This document shows positions 10,033-18,612 of a DNA stretch of 64,000 bases, one piece after another (the first letter of the stretch is position 1; each line of letters begins with the position of its first letter). The stretch is from contig QPMI01000047.1 of NCBI GenBank assembly GCA_004431415.1, forward strand, positions 1-64,000. The letters are read 5' to 3'. Position numbers and translations under genes: made by a program. The notes beneath the pieces are model-generated. The model was not told where the DNA came from. It worked only from the letters and a program-made list of their open reading frames with translations, and ran no database searches. This stretch comes from Cyanophora paradoxa CCMP329 (lineage: Eukaryota > Plantae > Glaucophyta).

Positions 10033-12167
10033 CTACACCGCGAGTATCACAATTCGACCGTTGCCACCGTCGCTGAAAGACGAGCCACCGTTGCCGCCCC
10101 TACCAATGCCTGCTGCGTAGTGAGCGTCTCCGCTATTTCCTGCCACCTGGCCGGACCCAGGATACACCGTAGCATCCGTCAAGTTTCCTATGTAGCTCGA
10201 GCCACCGCCACCTCCAAACATTCTTGCTATTGGGTTCTCTGACACTCCGCTCCTGCTGGACCCAGAGCCTCCACCGAAGTAACCACCACCACCACCACCA
10301 CCGAACCTGTAGCCGCTTGAATCAGGCCCAGTCTCTCCACCTTGGCGCAAAGTTCCCGGGTTGCTGGGCCTGGCCCCTGAGGCCACAACACCGGCTCCGC
10401 CAGCGGTTTGGGTGCCTCCTTGAGCCGGTATCTCTCCGGTTACTCCAACCAACCCAGCCGCACCACCGGTCAACCCCCGCCTACTCCCCCGCCGCCATTC
10501 GAATCACATGTACCCCACCTCCGGCCCCTGCAACAACCAAGTCGGTCCCTGCAACGCGCTGAATTGCAGAACGACCACCACCGGCGCCGTTTTTGTACTC
10601 CGGATCGACGCTATGGCTCCAGCCCCTTCCACCACCTCCGTAGACGGTAGCAGTGGCAGTCCCCGATACACCCTTTGGGCCGCCGCATCCAACAACAAGG
10701 ATGAGCGTCTCCCCCGAGGACACAGCCAATGTACCAACTACGCAAGCACCCGCGCCTCCACGGACCCCCGTACCTGCGCGTTCTCCGCCTCCACCCCGGC
10801 CGCCCATACGATGACACGCACAGCCACAGTCCCCGTTGGTACTACGAAAGTCTGGTCGGCCCCGGTGTAGGAGAATGTACCCAAAACAGGAGCGTTTGCA
10901 GTTGTTGCACTGGCAGACGAGGACTGAGGGCCTTCCTCGCCGATCTGGTTGACGCCCTTGATGGTGTAAGTGTAAGTGGTTCCGTAAACGGTCGTTGTGT
11001 CCGAAAAGGGGCTGCTCGTGTCGCTGGCAAGGAACACGCCACCCCTGTAGATGTTGTAGGAGACGGTGACGCCCGTCACCGGCACCGACCACTCGAGCAC
11101 AACAGGCTGTGCTGCCCCCGCCGCGGGGTTGCAGTGAGCCCAGTGGGCGCCCCCGGGTCCGTGGTGACGTACGCCGCAATACTCTTCGGCCCCTCCCCTC
11201 CCGTGTTCGTCGCGGAGATCTGGTACTCGTACCCTGTACCCCAGACGGTGGTCGTGTCGCTGTAGGAGTTGGTCGCGGAGTCTGTGAGGTAGGCCCCGTC
11301 TCTGTAAATCTTGTATCCCGTCGCTCCCGTGGACGCAGTCCAGCTGAGGCTGACAGGCTGCTGCTGGTCGTTGGGTGCTGATGCCGTCACGTTCGTGGGG
11401 GCGTTTGGCATAGTCCAGACCAGGAGCGGATCGGACTTGTCGTATTCGACACCGCCCACGATGCCGGCCACCTGGTAAGAGTATTCCGTGCCCCACGTAA
11501 GAGCAGTGCTATCGTCAATGTACGAGGTAGACAGGGCACTGCTCGCAAATCCGATTGGCGTACCGTTCCTGTAAATTCGAATCGAGTCCGCGCCCTCCAT
11601 GGCCACCCAGTTGATTGTGACGACTATGGCGGGTTTCGGGAAGCCCGAAGACGCGGGGCCGCCCCGGCAATAAAATCGCCGTAGGTCTGGGCCGTGGCGG
11701 TCGTGAGCGTGGTGTAGGCTTCGATCTGCGGGCTGAAGCCGCCTATGCCTTGGAAGAGAATGTAATTGCTCATGGCACCCTCGTGGGTGTAGAGAAGCGA
11801 CTGTGCGTAGGTTGTGGGCGGGGCTTTGCCATCAGAGCCCGTGCTGCTGCTGCCCTGTTCGCGAACCGCCGCCACGCGGTAGAGTCGCTGGGCCCCAAAC
11901 TAAAGGGAGAGTCCGTGTAGGTGACGGTTGGCGCATTCACCGTGGCCACGAGATCCCAGGGGCCGTTGATGCTGGTCGCCCTGTACACCTTGTACTTGAC
12001 GGCGTTGGTGACCGCGACCCAGTTCAGCTGAAAGCCGTACGTACTGTTCCCGTTGTTGAGCACGGAGCCCGATCGCACCTGGGCCTGCCCACAGTCAGCG
12101 AGATCGGCTCCACGCCATACTGCGGAGCCTGCACCACCTGCTTTTTCACGAATACGAAGCGGGGCAT
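10033..12167 (-). CDS. Fibre/adhesin with several fibronectin type III repeats and C-terminal glycine-rich domain, frameshifted
   Basis: Start MPRFVFVKK (ATG 12167, own start motif). FN3 signatures LNWVAV..YKVYRA, LSWTASTGATGYKIYRDG, YTYTIKGVNQIGEEGPQS. Then FSYTGADQTFVVP and GGGGGYFGGGSG..GGGGGSSYI..DGGNGRIVI. Confidence 0.85.
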
Positions 12168-12206
12168 TTTCCTCTACGATCCGAAAAAATATCTGCCCCG
12201 GGGTAA

Positions 12207-12886
12207 ATGACTTCCAACTGGTACCAGACCCTCAGCGGCTCACTTGACGTTGGCAACAACACCAAGGATTTCGCACGCATACCCTCCGGCAGTTACGTCG
12301 ACGTCTTTCTGCAGAATCCCGTCGTGATTCAGGTCGTTCAGAACGCCTACGCCACGCCCAAGATTTATTCCTACCAGCTCTTCTTCGACCCTCTGAGCCT
12401 CAGCGCAGAGGTTATCGAGCTGCTGCACGAATCAGGACTCGTGAAAAAGGTGGCACCTGCCACGGCCACTGCCAACGTCTTGCGCTGTCTCGAGGTCAAG
12501 TTCAGGGAGACGGGGTACGGCCCCACCGTGAACCGGTACCCCAGTTCTTCGAATCTTCCGGGTACGGGAACTTACCAGATGAGGGGTACGCTCAAGGGCG
12601 ACGTGCTCTTCACGAAATTCAATCCAAGTCCCGCGACCCTGGGGCCCTCTACACGGGCGGCAACCCACGCGGCTCGACTCTACCCCGCTTCCCCTTCACC
12701 TTTTTCAGGTTCCAGGTCTTCCCCCTCTCCTACGCCGCCGACCAGCCCCACTTCAGCACGGGCGCCAGCCTCTGCGCGGAGCTGCGTGAGTGCTCGATTT
12801 CCTACGCGTACGGCACCGACGCTGACTCTGTGCCTGGGGCCCGCGTCATGAACATCGGTGGCGACATCACCCTCTTTCACGGATAA
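12207..12886 (+). CDS. Beta-rich structural protein, paralogue A (candidate capsid protein), one frameshift near 12645
   Basis: Aligns by eye over most of its length with 12910..13722. Shifted C-terminus YTGGNPRGSTLPRFPFTFFRFQVF..GASLCAELRE..VPGA ends TAA 12886. Confidence 0.6.
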
Positions 12887-12909
12887 TCTTTCTCATTTGA
12901 GGTCGCAAA

Positions 12910-13722
12910 ATGCCGACCACCTCGGCCACCATCGTGAAGACCGTGTCTGCCGGCTCGATCGTCCCCGATTTCTACGGCAACGCTGGGAACGTGGCCAACG
13001 CAGGGACGGACAAGGTGGAGTGGGACGGAAACTACGCCACCCCGCTCACCGTGAGGGTCCAGAATCCCGTCATGTTGCGCGTCACCTCCAACGATTTCGA
13101 GAATCCCGCCTCCTGCTCCGTGTACGTGTACTTTGACATCGACTCGGGCGTGAGCGCGGATGAGGCGGAGGCGCTCTGGCTCTCGGGCCTCCTGAAAAAG
13201 ATAGAGCCCTCTGTGCCTGATCGGCCCGCCATTCGCGTGCTCGAACTCAAGTTCACCGCTAACACCGCCCTCACTCGCAAATTCGGGAATGGTGCGAATC
13301 CGAACATCAAAACGCATTTAGATGGCGCCCTCATCGATGCCACACACAAGACCACGCAGGCCGTTCCCTTTGAGATGTACAACCTCTGGAAGATGACCGC
13401 AAAGGAGATGATGACGAATGCCACCACGGGCGGCGCCTCGGGTACCGATTATTCATACGGCGCCTCGAATCCCCGTACCCAGGTCTGGCCCCGGCTCCTC
13501 TTCACGAAATTCACTTTCAAATTGTACAACAACATCGCCGGAATGCCTACCTCTGGAATGGTCGTGGGCTCTACCCTCATGGCCGAACTAATTGAGGCAG
13601 AGGCGGACTACACGACTGCGACTACCAACTCGACAGCGCCAGGCGCCGGAGCCGAAGTTTACGTGGCCTGGGAAACGGTTGGTCGCGAGTACGACACCAA
13701 GATTCACACCACTAGCGTCTAG
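12910..13722 (+). CDS. Beta-rich structural protein, paralogue B (270 aa, intact; candidate major capsid protein)
   Basis: Intact ORF with C-ending codon bias and start motif; paralogous to 12207..12886. Function is inferred. Confidence 0.65.
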   Translation: MPTTSATIVKTVSAGSIVPDFYGNAGNVANAGTDKVEWDGNYATPLTVRVQNPVMLRVTSNDFENPASCSVYVYFDIDSGVSADEAEALWLSGLLKKIEPSVPDRPAIRVLELKFTANTALTRKFGNGANPNIKTHLDGALIDATHKTTQAVPFEMYNLWKMTAKEMMTNATTGGASGTDYSYGASNPRTQVWPRLLFTKFTFKLYNNIAGMPTSGMVVGSTLMAELIEAEADYTTATTNSTAPGAGAEVYVAWETVGREYDTKIHTTSV

Positions 13723-14075
13723 ACTGGCTAAGCTGCATTAGCGCCTGTGCCGCCTCCATCATCTCCCGAATCTCCTCGCTCTTCTCCTGTAAATTGGCGT
13801 ACCCCTCCTCTTCTTGCGAATATCCGACATTGATGCCCAGCGCAGGTTCTCCCTCCTGTAGTCCAGCGGGTTGCCGTTGATGTGTTCCACGTAGCGTCCA
13901 CGTGGCGACTTCCCGAGGATCAGTTGGGAGAGGTAGTGCTTGCGCCCTCCAAACGTCTTGCTCACCCTGTCCCTGTCCACTCTCCAGGGAAACTCCAAGG
14001 CACTCGGGGTACGTCCGAGTTGACCAGGACGTTGTAGGCGACGTCTTGCGAGTCGGTGCACCGGAGCAGGGCCAT
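13712..14075 (-). CDS. HNH endonuclease-like protein (HNH_3 type), frameshifted
   Basis: YLSQLILG..YVEHINGNPLDYRRENLRWA. ATG at 14075 preceded by TTTTTCTGAACCTAGGGCAAAATG. Confidence 0.75.
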
Positions 14076-14096
14076 TTTGCCCTAGGTTCAGAAAAA

Positions 14097-14616
14097 CCTG
14101 GGACTTGGGACTTGGGACTTGGGACTTGGGACTTGGGAAGAGTTGAAACCCAGGTCCCGGCCCAGACTTTCTCCAGGATCAGAAATTTGTCAGACAAGTC
14201 AGGTGAGTTTTTCTACCGACTTTTTTACTCCTACCACCCTCGTACTCTTTTTTACTCGTAGTCTTTTTTACTCGTATCCCATCTCGTACCCTCCTTCTCT
14301 CGACATCTCGCACGAATACTCCTACCCTCTTCACATCCTTTTTCGGTTGCATACTCTCGTGAGCTTTCATGTCCAGTATCATGCTACAAGTCGTACACCA
14401 GTTCAGACTCTACCTCGCTTGAAATCTCACCTGGAATGTCACCAGAAACGTCGTATCCAAATTTCCGTACCCTTTCTAAGTCTGCCCGGTGGTTAGGGAC
14501 TTGGCACGGCAAACTCTCAGATCCAGAGAAAGTCTGGGCCCAGACCCTGAGTCTAACTCTTCCCAAGTCCCAAGTCCCAAGTCCCAAGTCCCAAGTCCCA
14601 AGTCCCAAGTCCCAGG
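14097..14616. repeat. Inverted repeat with (GGGACTT)5 and (AAGTCCC)7 telomere-like arrays around a pyrimidine-rich spacer
   Basis: Arms ~14097-14195 and ~14505-14616 share CCT(GGGACTT)nGGGAAGAGTT..GGCCCAGACTTTCTC..GGATC. The spacer has TTTTTACTC three times. Confidence 0.95.
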
Positions 14617-14687
14617 ATCGCGCCAAGTCATAACTGAATAGTCGGCCAATTTTTACAAGTATGTACAATGGAATGACGCAATACTAT

Positions 14688-15741
14688 TTACAGCATCTCA
14701 AAGTCAGAATCATCGTCATCGGAAACCAAGTCAATCGGGGCCTCGGGCGCGGACTTAAGGGGAATGCGGGGAAGGGCCTGCGCTGCCTGCACTAAGTCCT
14801 GCCGCTCCTGCTCGCGCTGCGCCGCCAAGGCCGCTGCCGCCTCTGCCTCGCGCCGCTGCTGAGCCTCGACGCGCGCCCTAAGTTCCGCTGCCTCCTTCTT
14901 CTTGCGCTCGGCAATCTTGGCCAGCGTCATCTCGCGACGAAGAAGGCGCTCGTGACGCAACTTGCGCCGGAGTTCGGCCATTTCGCGCTTGGCGATGATG
15001 CGCTTCTCAATGGTCTTGACGTGCTGAGTCAGGCGCTTGCTGAAGTGTGACGTGACGCGAGAACGGGCAATGCCAGCGCCGATCTTCAAGTCTTTTTCGT
15101 GTTCCTTGGCGGGATTCTTGACTCGCTCGGAGTTGTCGGTGAATGACGTGGTCTCCATGAACTTCTTCTTGACGATTGACTTGGTCTTGATAATGCGGCG
15201 CTTGCGAGTCGGGTTTTCGTTGTCGCCTTCAGAGTCGGAAGAGGACTCAGAGTCGTATGGAATCGGCACGTCAAAGTCGATAAAGTCGTTGATGTCAGAC
15301 TCGGCGTCAGAGGCCTCGGACTCGGCGTCATCGACTGGCTCGGGAGCGGGCTCGGCGACGGGCTGAGGGGCAGATGACGACGATGACGGAGGGGGAAATT
15401 CGTGAAGACTTGAGGGGATAGGCCCAGGCGAGCGTCTCGGCGGCAGACTCGGCGAAAAGCTTGGGGTCGCCCCAGCCAGTGGGAGTCTTGACCCAGCCGG
15501 GGACGGGGGGCACGTCGACGGGCTCGGGCTTGGGCTCGGGCTTGGGTTGCTTGGACTTGGGCAGAAGGGTGGATACAAAGTTGAGGTTGATGGTATGGAA
15601 GCCTTCTCCGCTGTGAGCTTGGTAGAGGTACCCCAGCTTGCGGGCACGCTTCTCCATTTCACGGGTAGGCCAATCGCGGGACTTAGCCCACATCTCACGG
15701 GCCTTGGCAAGGTCCTCGACAAGCTCAGAGGGAATCGACAT
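14688..15741 (-). CDS. Viral acidic/basic regulatory protein with NLS, coiled coil and C-terminal SIM-like motif (one frameshift near 15405)
   Basis: MSIPSELVEDL.. (ORF 15328..15774) joins ORF 14688..15749 at HEFPPP. Contains TRKRR and ends PIDLVSDDDDSDFEML*. Confidence 0.7.
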
Positions 15742-16081
15742 CTGCGCAAAGGGAAGAGAGATCAGCAAAGGCAAAACGTGAGGTGACTGAGAGAGCGGAC
15801 TTGTGAAAATTCGGAGAGGCGGGGATTCCTTGGGCTGAGAGAAGGCGGCGAACCCGTTTCAAGAGTGAGCCAAAATGGCGGCGGACCGCGGTTTTGTGGG
15901 CGATTTTTTTCGCGGTCTAGTTCGCAACGGAAAACGTTGCCAACTGGCCTGAAAAAAGCCAAATTTAGCGTTGGGCCGAAGGCAGAAAAAGGGAGCCGGC
16001 CTGACGGAAATCGCCCGAGTGCGTCCGCCGAAGGTCGAGTCTCGGGCCGGGGGTACACCCTCAGGGGCCCCCCCTGGCCCC

Positions 16082-16552
16082 TCACCCTGGTAGTACCCTC
16101 TCAAAGGGATTTTCGAAGCCGTACAATTCTTGGTAAGTCTCGTAATCCGGGCTGTACCCCCTCACAATCTGCGGGAGCCCCATTGAAAGCCTCCGTCTAT
16201 CCTCTCTCAATTCCCTGCGGAAAAGACTGCGGTCGCTTCGAGCTTCGCGCGTCACGCCAGCTGGGCGTGGTCTATGATTGTTAGGGTTGTCGTAGCCTGG
16301 CCCCACCAGCCTCACGAAATTTTCGCGTATGGCCTCGGGGAGACTCTGGAAACGGTTCGTTGCGTGGAACTCAATCCATTCATTGAATCGACGCGGATAT
16401 TGACGGATGACTTCAAGCACGCCCTGTAAGTTGGGCTCTGGTGTTACGTCGGGGATGTCATGTCCTGTGAGGTGCCAGCGCCAGAACTCGCGCAGCCTCT
16501 CGAATGCCATATGCAACTCAAAGGGGAAATCGTAATAGAGATTGCCTGACAT
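16082..16552 (-). CDS. Viral hypothetical protein (156 aa, intact)
   Basis: Globular-looking ORF preceded by AAATTTTCGGACGGGGAGAAAAAATG start motif. Confidence 0.7.
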   Translation of the reverse strand: MSGNLYYDFPFELHMAFERLREFWRWHLTGHDIPDVTPEPNLQGVLEVIRQYPRRFNEWIEFHATNRFQSLPEAIRENFVRLVGPGYDNPNNHRPRPAGVTREARSDRSLFRRELREDRRRLSMGLPQIVRGYSPDYETYQELYGFENPFERVLPG

Positions 16553-16603
16553 TTTTCTCCCCGTCCGAAAATTTCCCCGCTTTTGAGTCTAGACTCTGAT
16601 TCC

Positions 16604-16669
16604 AACTCTTCCCAAGTCCCAAGTCCCAAGTCCCAAGTCCCAAGTCCCAAGTCCCAAGTCCCAGGTCCC
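16604..16669 (-). repeat. Third (GGGACTT)7 array
   Basis: AACTCTTCCC(AAGTCCC)7AGGTCCC, same flanks as the other two arrays. Confidence 0.95.
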
Positions 16670-17190
16670 ATTTTTCTCCCATTTTGACTCGAGATTTTGC
16701 CCAAGTCCAAATCCGGACCCGGGATTCGAACCCTCGTTTTCGATCGATTTCACGCGTGAAAAACGCACTTTTCGGCCTTTTCGCATTTATTTTCTCTACC
16801 CCGGCCCAAAATGGACCCCTCCCCGAAATCGCGATCGAAAATGGTCGCGATCGTCTCGTTTTCGCGATCGTCGTGATCGGAATCGTCATCGCGATCGTCG
16901 CGATCATGGTGATCACCAGCCTCGTCTACGGTACCCCCCAGCTGTGACCCGGAGGTTATAAGAACCTCCGCAATCCAAGCGTCACTTCCGAGTCTCGAGC
17001 TCTCGGGGTTGACTTTTCGCGTTTGGCCCATTGTTGGCCCTCCTATATAATATTGTTGGGAGGGAGGCCGCCGGGCCTGGGAGGGGCGAGGTTCTCGCGG
17101 CCAGGCGCATGCACAGAGCTTGGGAATCGCTTAAACAGAATCTAGAATGCATATAGCATCGATGTGCAGGGGCGCGGAGGCAAGGGCACA

Positions 17191-17670
17191 CGGAAAGCTT
17201 TGCAGGCCTGGCCAGGATCGAATTTTCGGGGTCGGCTGGATTCTCGCGCCCTGTCGCATCTCTAGAGTTCGCGAAAAGCTTGACAAAGATCTCAAACTAC
17301 TGTTGTAGGGATGCGCACGCGTGAGGATGCGAGGGCGCGCGGAAAGCTGTGCAGGTCCGTCCAGGATCGAATTTTCGGCGTCGGCTGGGTCCTCGCGGCC
17401 CGGCGCATTTAGAGACCGTGCGGAAGGCTTCTTCTACATCTCAAATGCTTATACTATTGCTCCGCGCATGCGCCGCGGCGTTGGCGCGCGGAAAGCTGTC
17501 CAGGTTTGTGCAGGATCGAATTTTTGATGTCCGGTACCTTCTTGCGCTATTCCGGCTCCGAAAAGCAGATTTCGGGGGTGCGCAGGCCCTGCTATGTCTA
17601 TGCGCGCCAGTACGCATCGAATGCGCGCCTCGCGGAACCGGCCGGAACCGGCCGGATCAAATTTTCGGCC
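17191..17670 (+). repeat. Degenerate tandem repeat, 149-bp period
   Basis: CGGAAAGCT at 17191, 17340, 17489; GGATCRAATTTT at 17215, 17364, 17513 and 17654. Confidence 0.85.
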
Positions 17671-17988
17671 TACTGTTCGGACTGGAGCGTTGACGGCGCC
17701 CGAAATCGAGCTTGCGTCGATGCGCTCGCCCTCGCCCGTCACTCTTTATCGTTCTGGGGCGTCCCTGGCGCGATTTCGTCGCGGGACCGGGCGGGACCGG
17801 GTCCCACCTTCTGACCTGGACTGCATTTGTCGGAGGTTAAGGACCGGATTTGATCCAGAGGGAAATTTGATATTCGCGCGACGCCCACGGGGAGCGGTCG
17901 TCTTAGGGGAGCCAGGACGCTAAAAATGGATCTAGAGAGGTGTGTGGGGGTTAGGGTAGCTGAGTCATTAGCGGCAATCGTGACCGTG

Positions 17989-18017
17989 TCGAGGCAGAAT
18001 TAATAATTCTGCCTCGA
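17989..18017. other. Perfect 29-bp palindrome (14-bp arms, 1-nt centre) near the element end
   Basis: TCGAGGCAGAATTA-A-TAATTCTGCCTCGA, with outer CCGTGTCG/CGACACGG pair. Confidence 0.9.
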
Positions 18018-18135
18018 GGGAGTGCGACACGGAAATTATTTATCAGGGGGGATCTCGAGTGGAAAAAAAGGTTAAAAAAGGAATTTATATCGGCGGTTTT
18101 TGGGTTTGAGAAAGAGGCTTCGCCTGATTTTTACC

Positions 18136-18205
18136 CGCGCTTTAGCGCAGTGGTATAAGGTCGTGCTACGACCTCCCGGATTCCCGGGTTCGGTTCCTGC
18201 TGTTT
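18136..18205 (+). ncRNA. tRNA-like Pol III cassette (degenerate tRNA, SINE head or viral small RNA)
   Basis: A box TAGCGCAGTGG (18143), hairpin AGGTCGT-GCT-ACGACCT, B-box-like GGTTCGGTTCC (18187). Acceptor stem does not pair. Confidence 0.45.
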
Positions 18206-18329
18206 CCGCTACGTTGTACTTCGAATCCCTGTGATTCCCGATACCGTGACTTGTATCCTCGTTGTGTACTACGAGTGGGCACGCCCACCGTAGATCTTTA
18301 AAAAATAGATGGGGAAAACGAGGTCAGTA

Positions 18330-18605
18330 CCGTACGCGTGTAACACTAAATTAACAGCCCGTTAATTAACAGGTTATAAAATCTGGCCCTCCCTTAATTA
18401 GGCGAAATAACAGAGTCCCAAATTAACATATCATGCAAATTTAGGCTTGTATGAGGCCGTGATTTTGGGGGGTAGATAGTATGCGACGATTGACAGCAGT
18501 GAATTAGCAGAGGCCCAAATTAAATTAACAGACTATGTCAAAATTTCGGTCTGTTAATTTGGGACTCTGTTAATTAAGTGGGTCCAGTATTTATGTGTTA
18601 CACGG
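18330..18605. mobile_element. MITE, Tc2/pogo-like ends, TA target duplication
   Basis: TA|CCGT..GTGTAACAC-TAAAT ... ATTTATGTGTTACACGG|TA; internal AATTAACAG repeats in both orientations. Confidence 0.7.
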
Positions 18606-18612
18606 TAGTAGG

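Larger units (their letters stand above)
1..18120. mobile_element. Endogenous dsDNA virus-like element (right part; left end outside window); HUH-endonuclease-encoding, Mriyavirus/PLV-like grade
   Basis: Tightly packed, mostly intronless genes with a shared start motif. Encodes HUH, penton-like, S74/FN3/gp53-like fibre and HNH proteins and has a repeat-rich non-coding end. Abrupt switch to MITE-rich, intron-rich host DNA after ~18.3 kb. Right boundary approximate. Confidence 0.85.

Noticed and set aside
10033-12167. Opposite-strand fibre gene as an invertible shufflon-type cassette
   Set aside because: It has its own ATG and start motif at 12167; I found no flanking inverted recombination sites or invertase.
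1-14075. Tailed bacteriophage prophage or bacterial contamination
   Set aside because: No terminase, portal or HK97 capsid is recognisable. Starts use AAAATG contexts rather than Shine-Dalgarno sites, and a penton-like gene and a probable spliceosomal intron are present. A chimeric join cannot be fully excluded without reads.
14097-16669. Heptamer arrays as a CRISPR array or true chromosome telomere
   Set aside because: No spacers and no cas genes; arrays are short, internal and present in both orientations.
13712-16916. ORFs with WDLGLGT or PSPKSQV repeats
   Set aside because: These are translations of the heptamer DNA arrays, not plausible proteins.
17950-17956. TTAGGG near the element end as a telomeric junction
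   Set aside because: Single copy, expected by chance.
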